Source: Podarcis filfolensis
Taxonomy: Eukaryota
Assembly: GCA_964270895.1 (NCBI GenBank)
Contig: OZ185435.1
DNA: 64,000 bases
Reading direction: 5' to 3' (one strand)
Below are positions 13,713 through 27,278 of this stretch, in pieces (position 1 is the stretch's first letter; each line of letters begins with the position of its first letter). The position numbers were made by a program, and so were the translations under genes. The notes under the pieces were generated by a model. That model was not told where the DNA came from and did no database searches. It saw nothing but the letters and a program-made list of their open reading frames with translations.

Positions 13713-15989
13713 ATTTCACCCACTTTCTTTTTGTTAAATTTGTGGATAATATTATTATTTTTAGTTGAAAAGAAAAGAGAAAGAGAAAAAGCTTCACTAT
13801 GATCAAAGGAAGCGACTCCCAGCTATGTGTGCAGAGAAATGTATCCATAGAGAATGGAGCTGGCTTTCCCTCTAGATTCAGAGGAGATCTGTTGAATATA
13901 ACCTTCCATGTGCTTATTTAGTTCAGCTTTTCAGTTTCAAGTTGTTTCTTTCTTGATAAACAGATCTAATGGAGAAGAAGGATAATGTGGTATGTAATGG
14001 TTCAAGTTTGCTTCCACTTGACCCCCACTTGACATCCTCTTCATTGTGTATGGCATAAACTGATATCTCATCCATACATACAATTGATCTTCTTTCCTCC
14101 TCCTGCTTCTGTTCCCCCATCTCTTTCTTTCTTTCCATTTGCTTAGCTATATACTCCAATTAAAATGGCAGGACCTTGCTGAGTAAGGGTTTGATACAAT
14201 TGTCTACTTATTTACTTATTAATTTTTATACGAGTTAACTATTTCCTCCTTGCAGGAGTTGTGCTGCATTCAATGACCCTCAAATATCTTTTCTTTTCTT
14301 TTTAAGGTTCACAAAATTATTCAGGCAGGTATCACTTGCCACTGTTCATATCACAGACAATACCCAATAAGTGCCCTGACATTTGAGCAACTGATTCTAC
14401 ACAAAAAATCACAATAGCAATGAGTGCTATCTGAGACAAGGTATCCAAAGTAGCACTGAGTAACCTTTCCTGTCCATGCAAAGATTTCTGCTTCCACAAC
14501 AGGACTCCCCCCCACACACACACCTGCTCCTGCCCTCCAATGCACCCTCTGGAGAAGATCTGTGCAAGTTCTGCTGCACAAGCAGAAATCCTTGCACTGA
14601 CAGGACACATTAGTTGGATATCACCCAATATTTCCATGAACCCATTCTCCAAGATACAAATTGTTGCATTCTGGATACTGTACTTGCAAATTGTGTCAAC
14701 ACTGAAACAAAAGTGAAGACTTCTGAGAAACAAATGCCTTCCAAAGGGGAAGGACTCTTAGGAGCCTGCTGTTACTATGTGTTTTGAAAGTGGCAATGGT
14801 ATTTGGAAGTGACTGACATACAAAGGGTTTTGTCCACACTCTGTTTACAAAGGGTCCAATTCCTTGCTATTCATATTCAAAGCAGGCCCACCGCAACCCA
14901 CCAGCTTGTAGCTTACTTAATGAGTGCATTCATAAATAGCTTCTCCTAAAAAATTGAAGTCATTAACAATAAAAGATATATAAAAACAATTCCAGCTAAT
15001 GGGGCTCCTCTGAATATGACTAATGTTGGATATTACTCAAAGCAGAAATGAGGAAAGATCTGAACGTCCAATTTGTAGCAGGGAACATCTGAACTAGAAA
15101 CTGGACTCAGCACCACCTTTCCATTTCACAGGCGTGGCAGCTTAAAACTATCATCTGAATAACAATTTTTAGGGATATGGTCACTCTTGCATTGAAATGG
15201 CCTCGGTTTTCCAAATCTACAACATTCTTGTCCTAATGGCATTTAGAACCTAAGAGTGCAGGCTAGCCTAGAACCAAAAATCCAGAAGGTATTCCACACC
15301 CACCATGCACAGTATCCCATTACTCCTCAGCCATCCAGAGCTGGAATTGCATCCTGAAGGTGTTCCTGCTTGGTAGGGGAAAGCCAACTGACTATTACAT
15401 TTGAGTATGTAACATGCTGTTCCTCTGTATTCATAGGGTCAAGGTGGAAGGACTGTGATCATGGTGGGAGGATGCACCTAACATTTATAAATTCAGTAGA
15501 GCATCTCTACCAGAGTTTGCATTCTGAGTGTACATCTCATGAGAATCATGCCTATGTGCAAACACTTGGTTGCTTCCATGGACCCTGTGTGTGCTGAAAG
15601 GTGGTACTTGCCACCACAAGAGTCATACTTTTCCTCACGCATAGAGAAGAATGACATTGCATACCCACAGAGAGCTTAAGCTCAGATGTTAAACTAAAGC
15701 TCCCTCCTTGCCTCACGTTTGAGAAAGGTCCCTGAAAGCACATGATGTGGCCACCTTCTTGAAGCTACACAGACCAAGAGTCTAGTCAGTGCTTGACCAC
15801 CTGTGAACCTCACAATATGATTCACGGTGAAGATTTACTGTGGAATCAGTGCCGCTCACGCAAGCAACCTTTCATGCCATCCATATGCCAGCCCATACTT
15901 TTAAAATAATAATAATAATTCTGATTTCTTCTTACTGTGGAGGATCTGTTAAGTAAAAGTCACCTGGTATATAACCTCACTCACAGTTA

Positions 15990-16238
15990 GAAGAAGAAGA
16001 AGAGTTTGGACTTGATATCCTGCCTTTCACTCCCCTTCAGGAGTCTCAAAGCAGCTAACATTCTCCTTTCCCTTCCTCCCCACAACAAACACTCTGTGAG
16101 GTGAGTGAGGCTGAGAGACTTCACAGAAGTGTGACTAGCCCAAGGTCACCCAGCAGCTGCATCTGGAGGAGTGGAGACGCGAACCCGGTTCACCAAATTA
16201 CGAGTCCACCGCTCTTAACCACTACACCATGCTGGCTC
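15990..16238 (-). mobile_element. tRNA-derived SINE (Squam3-like) with (TTC)n tail
   Basis: Reverse strand GAGCCAGCATGGTGTAGTGGTTAAGAGCGGTGGACTCG...CCGGGTTCGCG head (boxes A and B), core and TTC tail. Confidence 0.85.
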
Positions 16239-18204
16239 CCAAAACCAGTGTGAAACCAGTTTTGGGGGAAGTCTCTCATGTGTGTGGTGGGACCGTTTCA
16301 GTGAGTGGCCTCTGTGGCTATTGCCCTGCTCTTCCCCTGAGTACAACCTAACCTTTTTTGTTTCTAGTGACCCTAACAAGTGTGCAGAAGGCATTCTGGA
16401 ATTTCAGCAGCCCAGTTCAAAGGACCTAATCTTTAAACATGTGGGGGATTACCCTGAAGACTGTAATCACAGAAGATACATCAGGTTTTTATCAGAAGTT
16501 CAGTACAGCTAAATATCAGTCTTGTGCAAAACTTCTGTATTTTTTATATATGTAAAAAAACAAACAAACCACCAAATGGAAATGGATGCTGCCCACCTTT
16601 CAAAAAGAAAGAAAGAAAAGGACACACCTCCAATGTGTCCATTGTAAGATATGATAATTTGGGACTGGTCGTGTTTGCTCTTCTGCATTTCCTGTAGGGA
16701 GAGAATTACTAAAGGGGCATGTGTGCACAGGTACAGAAATATCTGTGCACTTGCCCAGAATGGGAAAAGGTAATGGAGGGTAGAATGATGAACACACAGC
16801 ATGAAATAATTCCATCAAAGGATGCCCACTGGGGTGGATAGGAAACAGCGCTATAACTATGAAAAGCATAAGATGTATACTTATGAATGTGCTGACCCTC
16901 GTGTGCCAATCACACACAGAGAAAATACAGGCTTGAACAAGTCATTTGCGAGGGATTGCCCCATCTCAAAGTGCCTAAATGCCCCAAATAGTAAGCAAAT
17001 GTAAGGGGACAGGAGTGCTTCATCTCAGCACATAGAGCACAATTGCTGCAATTGCTGAAATATATATTTCAGAGGCACAACTCATAAGCGCCAAGGATTA
17101 AGTGGTTGAAGGTTTCTACGGGAAAATGGTAGAATGGAAGGTGAGAGGGCTTTCTCTTATTAAGTATTACAGCTTGGCTTGTCAGTTTGGTATTTGAAAG
17201 GAGTGGGGTCAGGTGAGTGGTGCTGGATAAATCACAGCAATTTGAGATATCACTTTGCTCTCCAATGGCATTTGAATTTCTTCCACATTATAGCAGCTCC
17301 TCTCTTCTCACTCTGAGTGAAATCCTTCACTCCGGATTATTCTTGGAGGGCTTTGTGCAGCTCGTGTTGGATGTTTCCCAGGTCTACGTTCCCCAAATAT
17401 TGCTACAATCGTATGGGTGTGGGAATTCCGATTCCCTCCCCACCTTCTAAAAAAGGACATCTGCTTTTACTATTTGGCCTAGTGTGGGGTTGAGGTTAGA
17501 AGAGGAAGGAGCTAGCCGATTGGTCCCAGAGGATTGATTACACTTGATACATTGGATGTCTGGTTTTGATGTCCCTTGTTCTTATTTGTCCACAGCCAGT
17601 ATGTCAAGATGCACTGCAGCTGTGTGTGTGTGTTTTGCATGGTATTTAAAATCCATCTAGAAATAAGGTTAATCTTGGTAGAAAGGAGAGGGGGTTGTTA
17701 ATGCGGAAGTAGTTTGTAGAAGGGGTTCAGATTTGGGTCTTAACAATGGAAGATCTTGGGATCTGGGATTTTGACTTACAACAGCTTACTTATGTAACAT
17801 GAACAAAAACATCTAAAACATTCAGGAGAGCTGGCCACAATCTCTTCCTTTCCCAGCTGGATAGATCAGATTCATCTGAAGAATATCCAAAGATTCAGAA
17901 ATCAGAAGCATACTATGCTTTCAAAGTTTCAGAAATCAGAAACATACCATGCTTTTGAATTAAAGTGCTCTCCAAGTTTTTTTTTTATGTATATATTTTC
18001 TCTCATTTGTGAGTGTGTGTATTCTATGCAAAACATGATACACTTCTTCCTTTTTTCATTTGGGTCTTTTTATTTTAGAGAAAAGATGATCAAGAGGTGT
18101 CATGATTGAAGGTCACCAAAATGAATGACATGGAGAAAGCGTATAGAGAAAAGGTTTTCCCCCTCTCTCATAACCCCAAAACATGTAGCTGTCCGAAGAA
18201 GCTG

Positions 18205-18450
18205 AATGTTGGATGGATTCAGGATAGGTAAAAGGAAGTATTTCTTCACACAGTGCATAGTTAAACTATGGAACTCACTCCCAGAGGAGGCAGTGATGGA
18301 TGGTTAGGATATTGGTGGCTACTAGTCATGATGGCTCTGCTCTTTTTCCATGGCCAGAGGTCGTAATGGTTCTGAATACCAGTTGCTGGAAACTACAGGA
18401 GGGGAGAGTCAGGTGAGGCTTGTGCTTTTTCCACAAGCATTTGGTTGGCA
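18205..18450 (+). mobile_element. CR1 LINE, ORF2 C-terminus and 3' UTR fragment
   Basis: Translates as GFRIGKRKYFFTQCIVKLWNSLPEEAVM, the typical CR1 ORF2 end. Confidence 0.85.
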
Positions 18451-19174
18451 AGTGTGCAAAGCAGATTGGCCTCTTCTGGCAGGTTCTTCTTATGTGACTA
18501 AGTGACTTGCGCCCACCAACCATGTTCTTCAAAAAGCACCATTAAATTATGCCGCTGCAAACTTCTGCTGTGTGAATACCATTTGACACAAAATTCTCTG
18601 CAAACTCGGAAAACAATAATAATGCTAGGTAGCATCCTGCCTGTTTTGCGAACTGGATATTAAAGCTGAAATCTCATACCCTTTTTACTGAGGAGGGAGC
18701 TCTGTTGAATTCCATGAGACTTATGCACAAGTAGACATGTTTGGAACTGCACTCTTATAATAGTCCTCTTTGTGCATTACTTGTATGTAGAAGGCAAGCT
18801 TCTCAAAAGAGGGCTCTAGATGGTACATTCAGCCCCACCTCCCAAGTCATGTTGCTCCCCCCCCCATCGTCTTCATCATGCCCAGCACAATTTATGTAGT
18901 GGGGAGCTTTTCTGTTTAAGTGGAGGCTCCCTCTGTGATTGATAACCTTTTGCCTAAAGGGGGTTCTGTGATGTATATATTAGGCCGAACACAATGACAG
19001 TAATGGTGGCGAAAGGAGCAACAGCAGCAGGGCTTTGGGGGATGGGGCTAAATGCATGATCCAGAACCCCCTTTCAACACTCACCCTTCTGCACACGAGT
19101 AACACATTAAGAAGGCTATTATTAGATTTCAAAGAAACAAGACAGACAAGTATGACTTCACTATCTTACACTAG

Positions 19175-19603
19175 GTAAAGGTAAAGGGACCCCTGACCAT
19201 TAGGTCCAGTCGTTATTTTTCTTTATTAATTTGTTATTCTTCTATGGATGTTAAAAGGTAAAGGTACCCCTGACCGTTAGGTCCAGTCGCAGACGACTCT
19301 GGGGTTGCGCTCTCATCTCGCTTTATTGGCCGAGGGAGCCGGCATACAGCTTCCGGGTCATGTGGCCAGCATGACTAAGCCGCTTCTGGCGAACCAAAGC
19401 AGCGCACAGAAACACCGTTTACCTTCCCGCTGGAGTGGTACCTATTTATCTACTTGCACTTTGATGTGCTTTCGAACTGCTAGGTTGGCAGGAGCTGGGA
19501 CCAAGCAATGGGAGCTCACCCCATCACAGGGATTCAAACCGCCGATCTTTTGATCAGCAAGTCCTAGGCACTGTGGTTTAACCCACAGCGCCACCCGCGT
19601 CTC
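19175..19603 (-). mobile_element. full-length Sauria SINE with chimeric extended 3' end
   Basis: Head GAGACGCGGGTGGCGCTGTGGGTTAAACC; 11-bp TSD TCTTACACTAG (19164-19174, 19604-19614) encloses SINE, A-rich extension and a second SINE tail. Confidence 0.95.
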
Positions 19604-19870
19604 TCTTACACTAGAGTGTGGGAAAAGACCAAAAAAAGCTTCTCTTTTACTCAATTGTTGTGCAATTATTGCAAAGTCAGTTGAGTCAGGTTAATTTTTT
19701 AAATGTAGTCAACAGGACTGAAATCAGTGTAGCTCTACTGCCTTCAAATGAATTATGCCAGCTTTCCCCCTCTCTGAATCAATATTGACATCTGCTTAAA
19801 GCCATAATCTCATCCATCTTTCTTATGGCAACATTTTTACATCTTTTCTTTCCAATCCACCCTCCCTTAC

Positions 19871-19969
19871 CACTTTCTTTTCAACTCATGGAAGGAAAAT
19901 ATGCTGGCGCACGAGCTGCTCTTGCAAAAGACGGCGTGGCAAGTTTCATGCAACAGTAGATCTTTGTCC
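19871..19969 (-). other. candidate 99-nt exon of an unidentified gene
   Basis: Acceptor ttccccccatcccaccctcctgcattgtAG, donor GTG|GTAAGG, length 33 codons, one open frame (DKDLLLHETCHAVFCKSSSCASIFSFHELKRK); no homologue recognised. Confidence 0.3.
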
Positions 19970-20590
19970 CTACAATGCAGGAGGGTGGGATGGGGGGAAT
20001 AATTATGAAGACAGAAGCCATCCCCTGGAAGGCAGGAAGGCTCTTTCACGACACTTACAGACAAACATGACAAACATCATCAGGTTCAATGACATCTAAA
20101 ATGGAGAGCAGAGAGGCAAGATGAAGACATCTACATAGCAAAAGGAACACAGTGTGGTAGGAAACAAAAAATGTAGGATGACTTGGGAAAGAGCTCAGAA
20201 ACAGCTGAGCTTGCACATCATTTGGGCAACCAGAGGCAGACCAAAAGAAAGAGATATAAAATATTTCCCCAATTTTACTTTATCTGGGGTTTTTTTAAGA
20301 TTGCCCTGAATTGGGAACTAGAAAGCTGTCTTATAACATGGTCTATATTCTACCCTGGCACTCACAAGTCTTGAGCACAAAGATTTTCCCATCATGTTCT
20401 AACTGGATATGACAGGGATTTGAACCCAGGACCTTCTGCATTCAGAACATCTGCTTTACTCCTGAGCTTTAGGGCCTCTTTCCATTACTCAAATTCTCAA
20501 GAGCTGTATTCACAGCCTTTCCTCATCCTTTCTACACATCCTTTTACCAGCATATCACTTCTAGTAACTTGTTCAGCATGCACACTCAGT

Positions 20591-20740
20591 GAGCTCAGAG
20601 TGGCAAATATGGCTCTCCTCCCCATTTTCTCCTCACAACAATCCTGTGAGGTAGGCTGGGCTGAGAGGCAGTGACTGACCCAAGGTCATCCAGTGATGAG
20701 CAGGGTTTTGGTCCTGGGTCCTGCTCCAACATTCTAACCA
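20591..20740 (-). mobile_element. degraded tRNA-derived CORE-like SINE
   Basis: CCTCACAACAATCCTGTGAGGTAGG...GTGACTGACCCAAGGTCATCC core. Confidence 0.65.
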
Positions 20741-20857
20741 ATAACTGGTTATAATTGTTCCATTTAAAAAAAAAAATCCTTTGCATACTTTTTGAGAGTA
20801 ACCCCATTAAACTCAGTGCAACTTAATTCTGAGCTGACCTTCATAGGACTGAGAATT

Positions 20858-20953
20858 CAGTATGGTGTAGAGGTTAGAGTGCTGGACCTAGATAGGGAAA
20901 AGCAGGGTTCAAATCCCAACTCAGCCATGAAGCTCACTGGGTGACCTTGGACT
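20858..20953 (+). mobile_element. tRNA-derived CORE-like SINE, 5' half
   Basis: TATGGTGTAGAGGTTAGAGTG (box A), GGTTCAAATCC (box B), GGGTGACCTTGG. Confidence 0.7.
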
Positions 20954-23548
20954 GGGGGTGGGTGGTGGGGAGGTTGTTCACCTTGTCATATACTAACTCT
21001 AGAGTTTCCCGCATAAACCGACAACAGGAATGTTGTGACTGCCTATATACATCTATAGTGCATTCAGGCCTATGGAAATGAATCTAAAGCTACGTTAGCA
21101 TATGTTGTGAACCTTCAATATGGATTTAAGCACTGTGAGTACTTTGTACTGCAGTCCCATAAATCTTAACTCCACAACATTTATGAAGGCTTAAGTGGTT
21201 TTCACCAAAAAATGAAGACATTCAAGCCCATCCTTGCTGGATTTTCTGTTAGTTTCCTGGCACAACGCACTGCCATTTCTACTGTTCATGTTTTCCTTGA
21301 TTGGTTCAGGATGTCACAGAATTTCCCTAGGAAAAAGTTGCTGGCCATCACTCTCTCCCTCTTTCTCTCTTTAATCTGGGCAAAGCACTTTGCGCTGTTC
21401 TCTTAAGGTATTTTCTCTTTCTCTTTCCTAACCACATTCATGCAACAGACATGCCTTTCCAGCTTCTTCCATTGAAGAGCTCTGTGCTGTCAGCTGGGTG
21501 CAAAGACTGGTGCTTGTTTTGAATACAGCCCCCCCATGTTTCTTATTTCAATAATTAAGCACAGTCAGGGAAAACATTTTGCTGTTGCACAATAGAATCC
21601 TCTTCCACACATTGCTGACACTTAAAAAAACAACAACCAGATAGTGCACTCTCATCTTGACAAAATTAACAGGAAAGAAATATGAAGTTTCCACCTTTGA
21701 CTACATACTTCCTTGGTATTCTGGAACTAGATCTGAGTGCCGCCCCGAATATTTTCCTCTCTCATCCCCCAGTCTCTGACATGCATTATACAAGGCACTG
21801 CAGTGACTGAAGACAAAACAAATTCTGTATAAGGAAATGAAGACTGCAATAAACATTCTCTCTTCTATGCCAATAACCATATTTAGGGAGAAAAAGGCAA
21901 ACAACAACAACAACTTGGTGAAGTATCCCCTGGTCCTTTTTAATGTCAGAAGGGCACACAAAAACTAGTTTCAGTTGTGTATGGGTGTGTGTGTTTTAAA
22001 AAAACCCCAAGGTTTACAACTTTAACCAAGGTTGATGGCAAAATGCCTAGAGAATATTGCTAGCAGCCTGTTCTTCTATGACACCCACTCTTCATCTGGA
22101 TGTAATATCTCAATATTGCTGCAGAAGATTGAATTTTATTTAGGCTTTAAGCATGATAATAAAAAAGCAAACCAAATACTTTGATGGCAGGGGCTTTGTC
22201 AATTAAAGGAGTCGGGTTTACAGACAGACAGCTGAATGGTTGACTTTATCGCGTGCAGCAGATTAATGAAGGCTACCGCTTGTCAACTAAAAGGAGAGGT
22301 CATCAGGAGAATATTTCATTGGCTTTTTTATTTTTATTTTTTAAAAATGGAAAGAACAAGATATGCTCACTTAGTGCTAGAAACAATGATCCACTCACCA
22401 AAGAATCAATGCTATACATCACCGACAAGTACCTGCGACTCCTTTCTCAAATTTGAGCATGAATCATAAGGAACATTTGCTGCATCTTAACTCAAAACAG
22501 GCTGAAAATAAAGCTATTAAATGTGATTTCCTCGGTTAATAAATATACAAACCAAGCTTTCATCCCAACAGAGGAAAGGCAAACAAAAGAGTGCCCCAGA
22601 TATTTTAGACTGCAACCTTCCACCCCTTTAAAGCCATGATTACACAACAGAAGCAAGACTTTTAGACTTCCCATGGCTCTCCATGGGAGCACTTCAACAA
22701 AAGCAGGCATTGGGTGTTTTCTGCTTGGTCCCATCCCATTCCTTCTTCTCCTCTCCCACTTGCTCCTACTTCATTAGGATGGAGCTGATGGAGGAGGGAT
22801 TTCTTCTTCTTCCAGGAGATTTCTAACAGGGCATAGTCCACTCTCCTTGTTTATGCCTGTGATGGACACAGCTGTGAAAACCTTTCATTCTGCACCTCCT
22901 GGCTTTCTGTTTTTTACTTAGGCTACACATTAGCAGATATCAGTGGAAATGTCTTCATCATGAAGGCACAATGAGTTTAACTTACTATTTTATTATTATA
23001 TCATGGTTGTTTGTTTATATGAGGTTGCAAACAGCTGATGTTCCACTAGTGGAAGCCAACCCGAGGATTCCTGCTATCACAATGGGACTTTCCCCCTGCA
23101 TGCCCCCCCACCCTTCCCAAATCTGTTGCAGAAGATCAAGAAAACCCCCAGAACAGGGCACAGGAAGGGAGGTGATAGAGGAGAGATTGTTCTGTCAGGC
23201 AAGCAGAAATGACTTAACGGGCAGAACATTCTCCTTAGCGATACATGGAATACAACCCACTCTGCTTAGTGCCAAAACAGGTTTCTAAGCAGTTTACAAG
23301 TATATTAAGAAAAGATGACACCAACATTAAATATCGGCATTCGCAATTAAAACACACAGCAAAATAACTCCATTAAAACATTAAAATATAAGTATCATGT
23401 TGTAATGTTCATTTTCATAAACAATGAGTGCAAATCATCATCATCTCCATTGAGAAAAAGGTGGGACAGAAATCCAAGAAACAAAAAAAAATCCAGTGCA
23501 GAAGGGAGAGATGGAAGGTGGTGGAAGTTCTGTTGACCAGGCTGGAGT

Positions 23549-23681
23549 CAGCTCAGTTGTGTGGTGCTGATAACAACAAGGGTGTGGATTCAATCCCCGT
23601 TTGGGCCCCCTGCACATTCCTGCATTGCAGGGGGTTGGACTAGATGAGCCTCATGGTCCCTTCAAACTCTACAAATCTATG
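23549..23681 (+). mobile_element. tRNA-headed SINE with CR1 3' tail
   Basis: Degenerate tRNA head then ATTCCTGCATTGCAGGGGGTTGGACTAGATGA..TGGTCCCTTCAAACTCTAC..TCTATG. Confidence 0.75.
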
Positions 23682-24644
23682 GTGCTATGTTGCATGGGAA
23701 AACTTGGTCGAATGCAACCCTCTGTCTTATTGAAAGCCAAACTTTTGATGGAAACATCAAGTCCCTTGAAAATCCAGCTCTCCCCTAGACCACATATGGG
23801 TTTGTATCGGGTTGAGGTGTGGCAGGGAAGTCTGCTTCTTTTCACCTTGATGCATGGAAACCAAGCCCTGATTCCTGCCATTCTTTCCCCAGCTTCCTGG
23901 TGTTTTAATTGAAGATGCTGTAGGTCAGCCATGCACAAAATCTTCCTCTTGCCACCTAAAAGCAAGCTAGTGTTGTAAATGAAACCAGATACAGACACTG
24001 AAGTCCCTGAGGGACTAAGGAAGAAGACAGACTCGGCTATAGATGTATCCTCTTCATATACCCCGTAGACAAACAAATCTCAATTGCTGTCACTCAGAGA
24101 AGAGGACCCATGAAAGTGTAATGTTGGGAATCCAGTGGCAGCGTGGTCCCATAGCTGTAGAGTTTGCATGTATCAATGTGAAGGACTGTATCTTTTTGTG
24201 GTTCATTTTTTAAATTATTTTTTATTCATTTGGATGCAGGAAAAAGAAAACACATCATTCTTTTAAGCATTCAAAATGTAAAAAATAAAATAATGCTGAG
24301 CAACAGCTTAGGAAAATGACTCATAAAAGAGGAGAGAAGACAAGGTCTTCCAATCTGATATTGGATATTACTTAAGGGATATTTTGGGGGAAATCCATAT
24401 TTTATAAGCATTTCTACCTCCCATTGTACTTTACTAAAAGGATTTATATGCAATCCTCTTAATTGGTGCGGACCCTGCTGGGAAGAGAAATGTGCCAACA
24501 CATTCTTCATTCTGATTAGGCTCCAAGGAATATATTGTGTTGCGAGACAATTACTTTTATTTCCTGAATTGCTTGAACAATGAACAATGTGCTGTGTGGT
24601 TTTTTCTGTTGTTTTTTTTTAATCCAGAGCTGCATTGAAGTGGG

Positions 24645-24646
24645 GA

Positions 24647-24678
<32 letters not shown>
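24645..24678. repeat. (GAAA)n microsatellite
   Basis: direct reading. Confidence 0.95.
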
Positions 24679-25386
24679 AGTGGAGGCGTACAAAAAGACA
24701 AGCAGCAAGAAATATATGCAAATAAATACTGAATCACACCTGTAAGCTATTGTGAATATAAACCCACAGCCATCAGACTTGCCAGCCAAACACATATTTC
24801 ACAATTAAGTGAGCAATTACCCATTCTTTCTCCATTGAAATAGGATGCACTAAATCTATTCCCTGGCTATCAGCCCATTTAAAGAGCAGGCCATCCATCT
24901 GGGTCCTGATTAAGTGGATTGTGCTATAGTTGGTGGGTGGAGTGGAGTACTTTGTATATCTCCTCGGAGGTGCTGAGTGTCCTTATCTCTGTGCGTCAGT
25001 GATGGGAGATAGAGGCTCTCAACACCCTTGAGAGAGCTTTTGGACTCTTCCCAGAGGCCCTTTTCCAGTTACATCTCCAGTTGCTTAGTCAAAGACAACT
25101 TCTACAACCTGAAATGCATCTCTCTAAAGTTCTACATTGGGCCTCTAATGCTATAGAGATGTGTATGTTAAAAATGCAGTGCTTGACTTCAGTTTGTAGC
25201 AAATCAAGATTGTGATTGTTGTGAGCTGGGGTTGCTTCAGTCCTCATTTTGTTCTTCTGTCTGGTGTCCTAGACTTAACAAAGAAGGTGGGCCCTCATAT
25301 GACATTAGCAGTCGTAACAAGCCAAGAGATCACTACTGATGACCAACATCAGTTATCTTTTAGTCTTGGAAGTGTGCCTTCAAGGT

Positions 25387-26059
25387 AGGGATGGGGTTTG
25401 AATTCGATTCAGCTCACTTTAGGCATTTCTGCCTAATTCAGGCTGTCCTAAACAAGCCTGAGAAGCAGCCACACTTTGAAATTCACACTTCTCTGAATTT
25501 TGCAACGTATTGTGAATCCAGCCATGTATTGTGTAAAAAAAAAATGCATATAATTGGGTAAATTGTGCATATATTAGTGAAAATAACACACACACAAATG
25601 CATTATATTAGGGAAATGGTTTTGCTAAAATGTGTATACAGTGGTACCTCAGGTTAAGTACTTAATTCGTTCCGGAGGTCCATTCTTAACCTGAAACTGT
25701 TCTTAACCTGAAGCACCACTTTAGCTAATGGGGCCTCCTGCTGCCGCCATGCCGCCGGAGCACGATTTCTGTTCTCATCCTGAAGCAAAGTTCTTAACCC
25801 GAGGTACTATTTCTGGGTTAGCGGAGTCTGAAGCATATGTAACCTGAAACGTATGTAATCCGAGGTACCACTGTATAGGGCAAATCCTCATAGAACGTGT
25901 ATCTTAGAAGAAATTTGTGTGAAAGTGCTGGTGAAATTTCATGAGGACCTCTTTTTTTAAAAAAATCACAAAATGATGTGGAAATGTGGAGAACGAAAAT
26001 TAAGACTCAAAACATAAGAAGCTGAGAGACACAGAAATTGACAGTATTCTCCCATCCCT
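25387..26059. mobile_element. AT-rich non-autonomous element with AGGGATGGG/CCCATCCCT termini and ATGCA-rich sub-repeats, interrupted by a Tigger MITE
   Basis: Inverted termini; ATGCAT-rich interior recurs at about 41030-41270, 45632-45960 and 60990-61272. Confidence 0.55.
25639..25873. mobile_element. Tigger-like MITE
   Basis: TIRs CAGTGGTACCTC / GAGGTACCACTG, TA TSD on both sides. Confidence 0.92.
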
Positions 26060-26727
26060 GCTTCCAGGGTCAAACTACAGGATCAGCAGAATCATGCAGT
26101 ACTGCCCACCTGGGACTCCCCTGCTTCAGAATGCGATGGCAGGTTGAGTCACACGTGTAAATTAGAGTGTTCCTGGGTCCAACTTTACAGAGGACCATTT
26201 TCTATTTGAAAGGCTGCCAGAGGACGGGTCTCCATTTCAAGGAGTTCTCTATTGGAGGAGCTGCCTGGTCCGAAGTTCAGTTAAAAGATGGAGAACCATA
26301 AGAAGGGCAGGCAGGAACCTTGAAATTGCCAGTCGATAGCAAACAGATAGCAAGCAACATTGGCCATTTGTTCCCACTGTCAGATATATTTCTGCTTAAA
26401 TTACAGCAATTTTGGGTTGCATCCTATGCTGTCTGTGCATGAGTGGAATAGACTTCCCCTTGGGCGACAGGGCCTCATGTTTCTCTCCTCCCCTGTGAAG
26501 TCCTCCATTCACCATCATAATCTAGATGTTGGGGGGCACATGAGCGCTGCAGGCAGGAGAAGAAGGTGGGATCCCATTATGCAAGCATATGTCTGCCCCC
26601 ACAAAGTTGCATTCTGCCCACTGTGTCTAAATTGTCTTAACATATAAATTAGCATCTGCAAATTTTATGCATATCCGTGTTCTCACTTGTCCTCTTTTTT
26701 GGTGATCCTCCTTTGCTGCATATGTGA

Positions 26728-26960
26728 TGTCATGGACTGGTTGGACACAGAGGAACCAGCTAGGGATCCACCAAGGAAAGAAGGCTCAGAGCCTGGGGAG
26801 TGGTAGTGGGACAATGACGAGTGGTCACAAGGAGAAGAGGGAGGAGAAGACTGGGAAGAGGAGGTGTCAGAAGTTGAAGAGGTAACAGGGCTTAGTCAGC
26901 TGGCAGAGACTGTGGCAGAGAGGAGTCCAGAATCAGGAGCAGAACTTGACAAGCAAAGTA
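26728..26960 (+). mobile_element. probable 5' fragment of an LTR (TG-start, purine-rich)
   Basis: Starts TGTCATGGACTGGTTGGA and resembles a GA-rich lacertid solo-LTR family as I recall it; no matching CA end or TSD found. Confidence 0.4.
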
Positions 26961-27226
26961 CCATTTCTGATGGAGTGAGCTCACCCGTTCTTAGTGAGGA
27001 CTGCAGAGAACCCTGTGGCTGAAGTTTTAGGGTAGCATGATTGGTGTGGTAGAATGGACCACAAGAGCTAGGGGCACCAAATTTTAGCATTGCACAGCAC
27101 TGAAATTTGAGACCTCAAAGTCCGTCACTGATTCTAGGCAGTAGTGCATCCAGTAGTATTGTCCCAGTACTTGAAGGAGCCTCCTTGACACTTGAAGTGA
27201 TTGCATTATAAACAGAGGTGCACAGG

Positions 27227-27227
<1 letters not shown>

Positions 27228-27274
<47 letters not shown>
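27228..27274. repeat. (TG)n(AG)n microsatellite
   Basis: direct reading. Confidence 0.9.

Positions 27275-27278
<4 letters not shown>

Noticed and set aside
16282-16512. Exon-like DPNKCAEGILEFQQPSSKD after tttctAG
   Set aside because: No convincing donor and no recognisable homologue
22404-22437. Peptide-like reads on both strands (YLSVMYSIDSL and DPLTKESMLYITDKYLRLL)
   Set aside because: No polypyrimidine tract on either strand and too short to support
26750-26960. Acidic reading frame (EEGGEDWEEEVSEVEEV) suggesting a host protein
   Set aside because: Contains a stop, lacks splice sites and is better explained as a purine-rich LTR-like repeat
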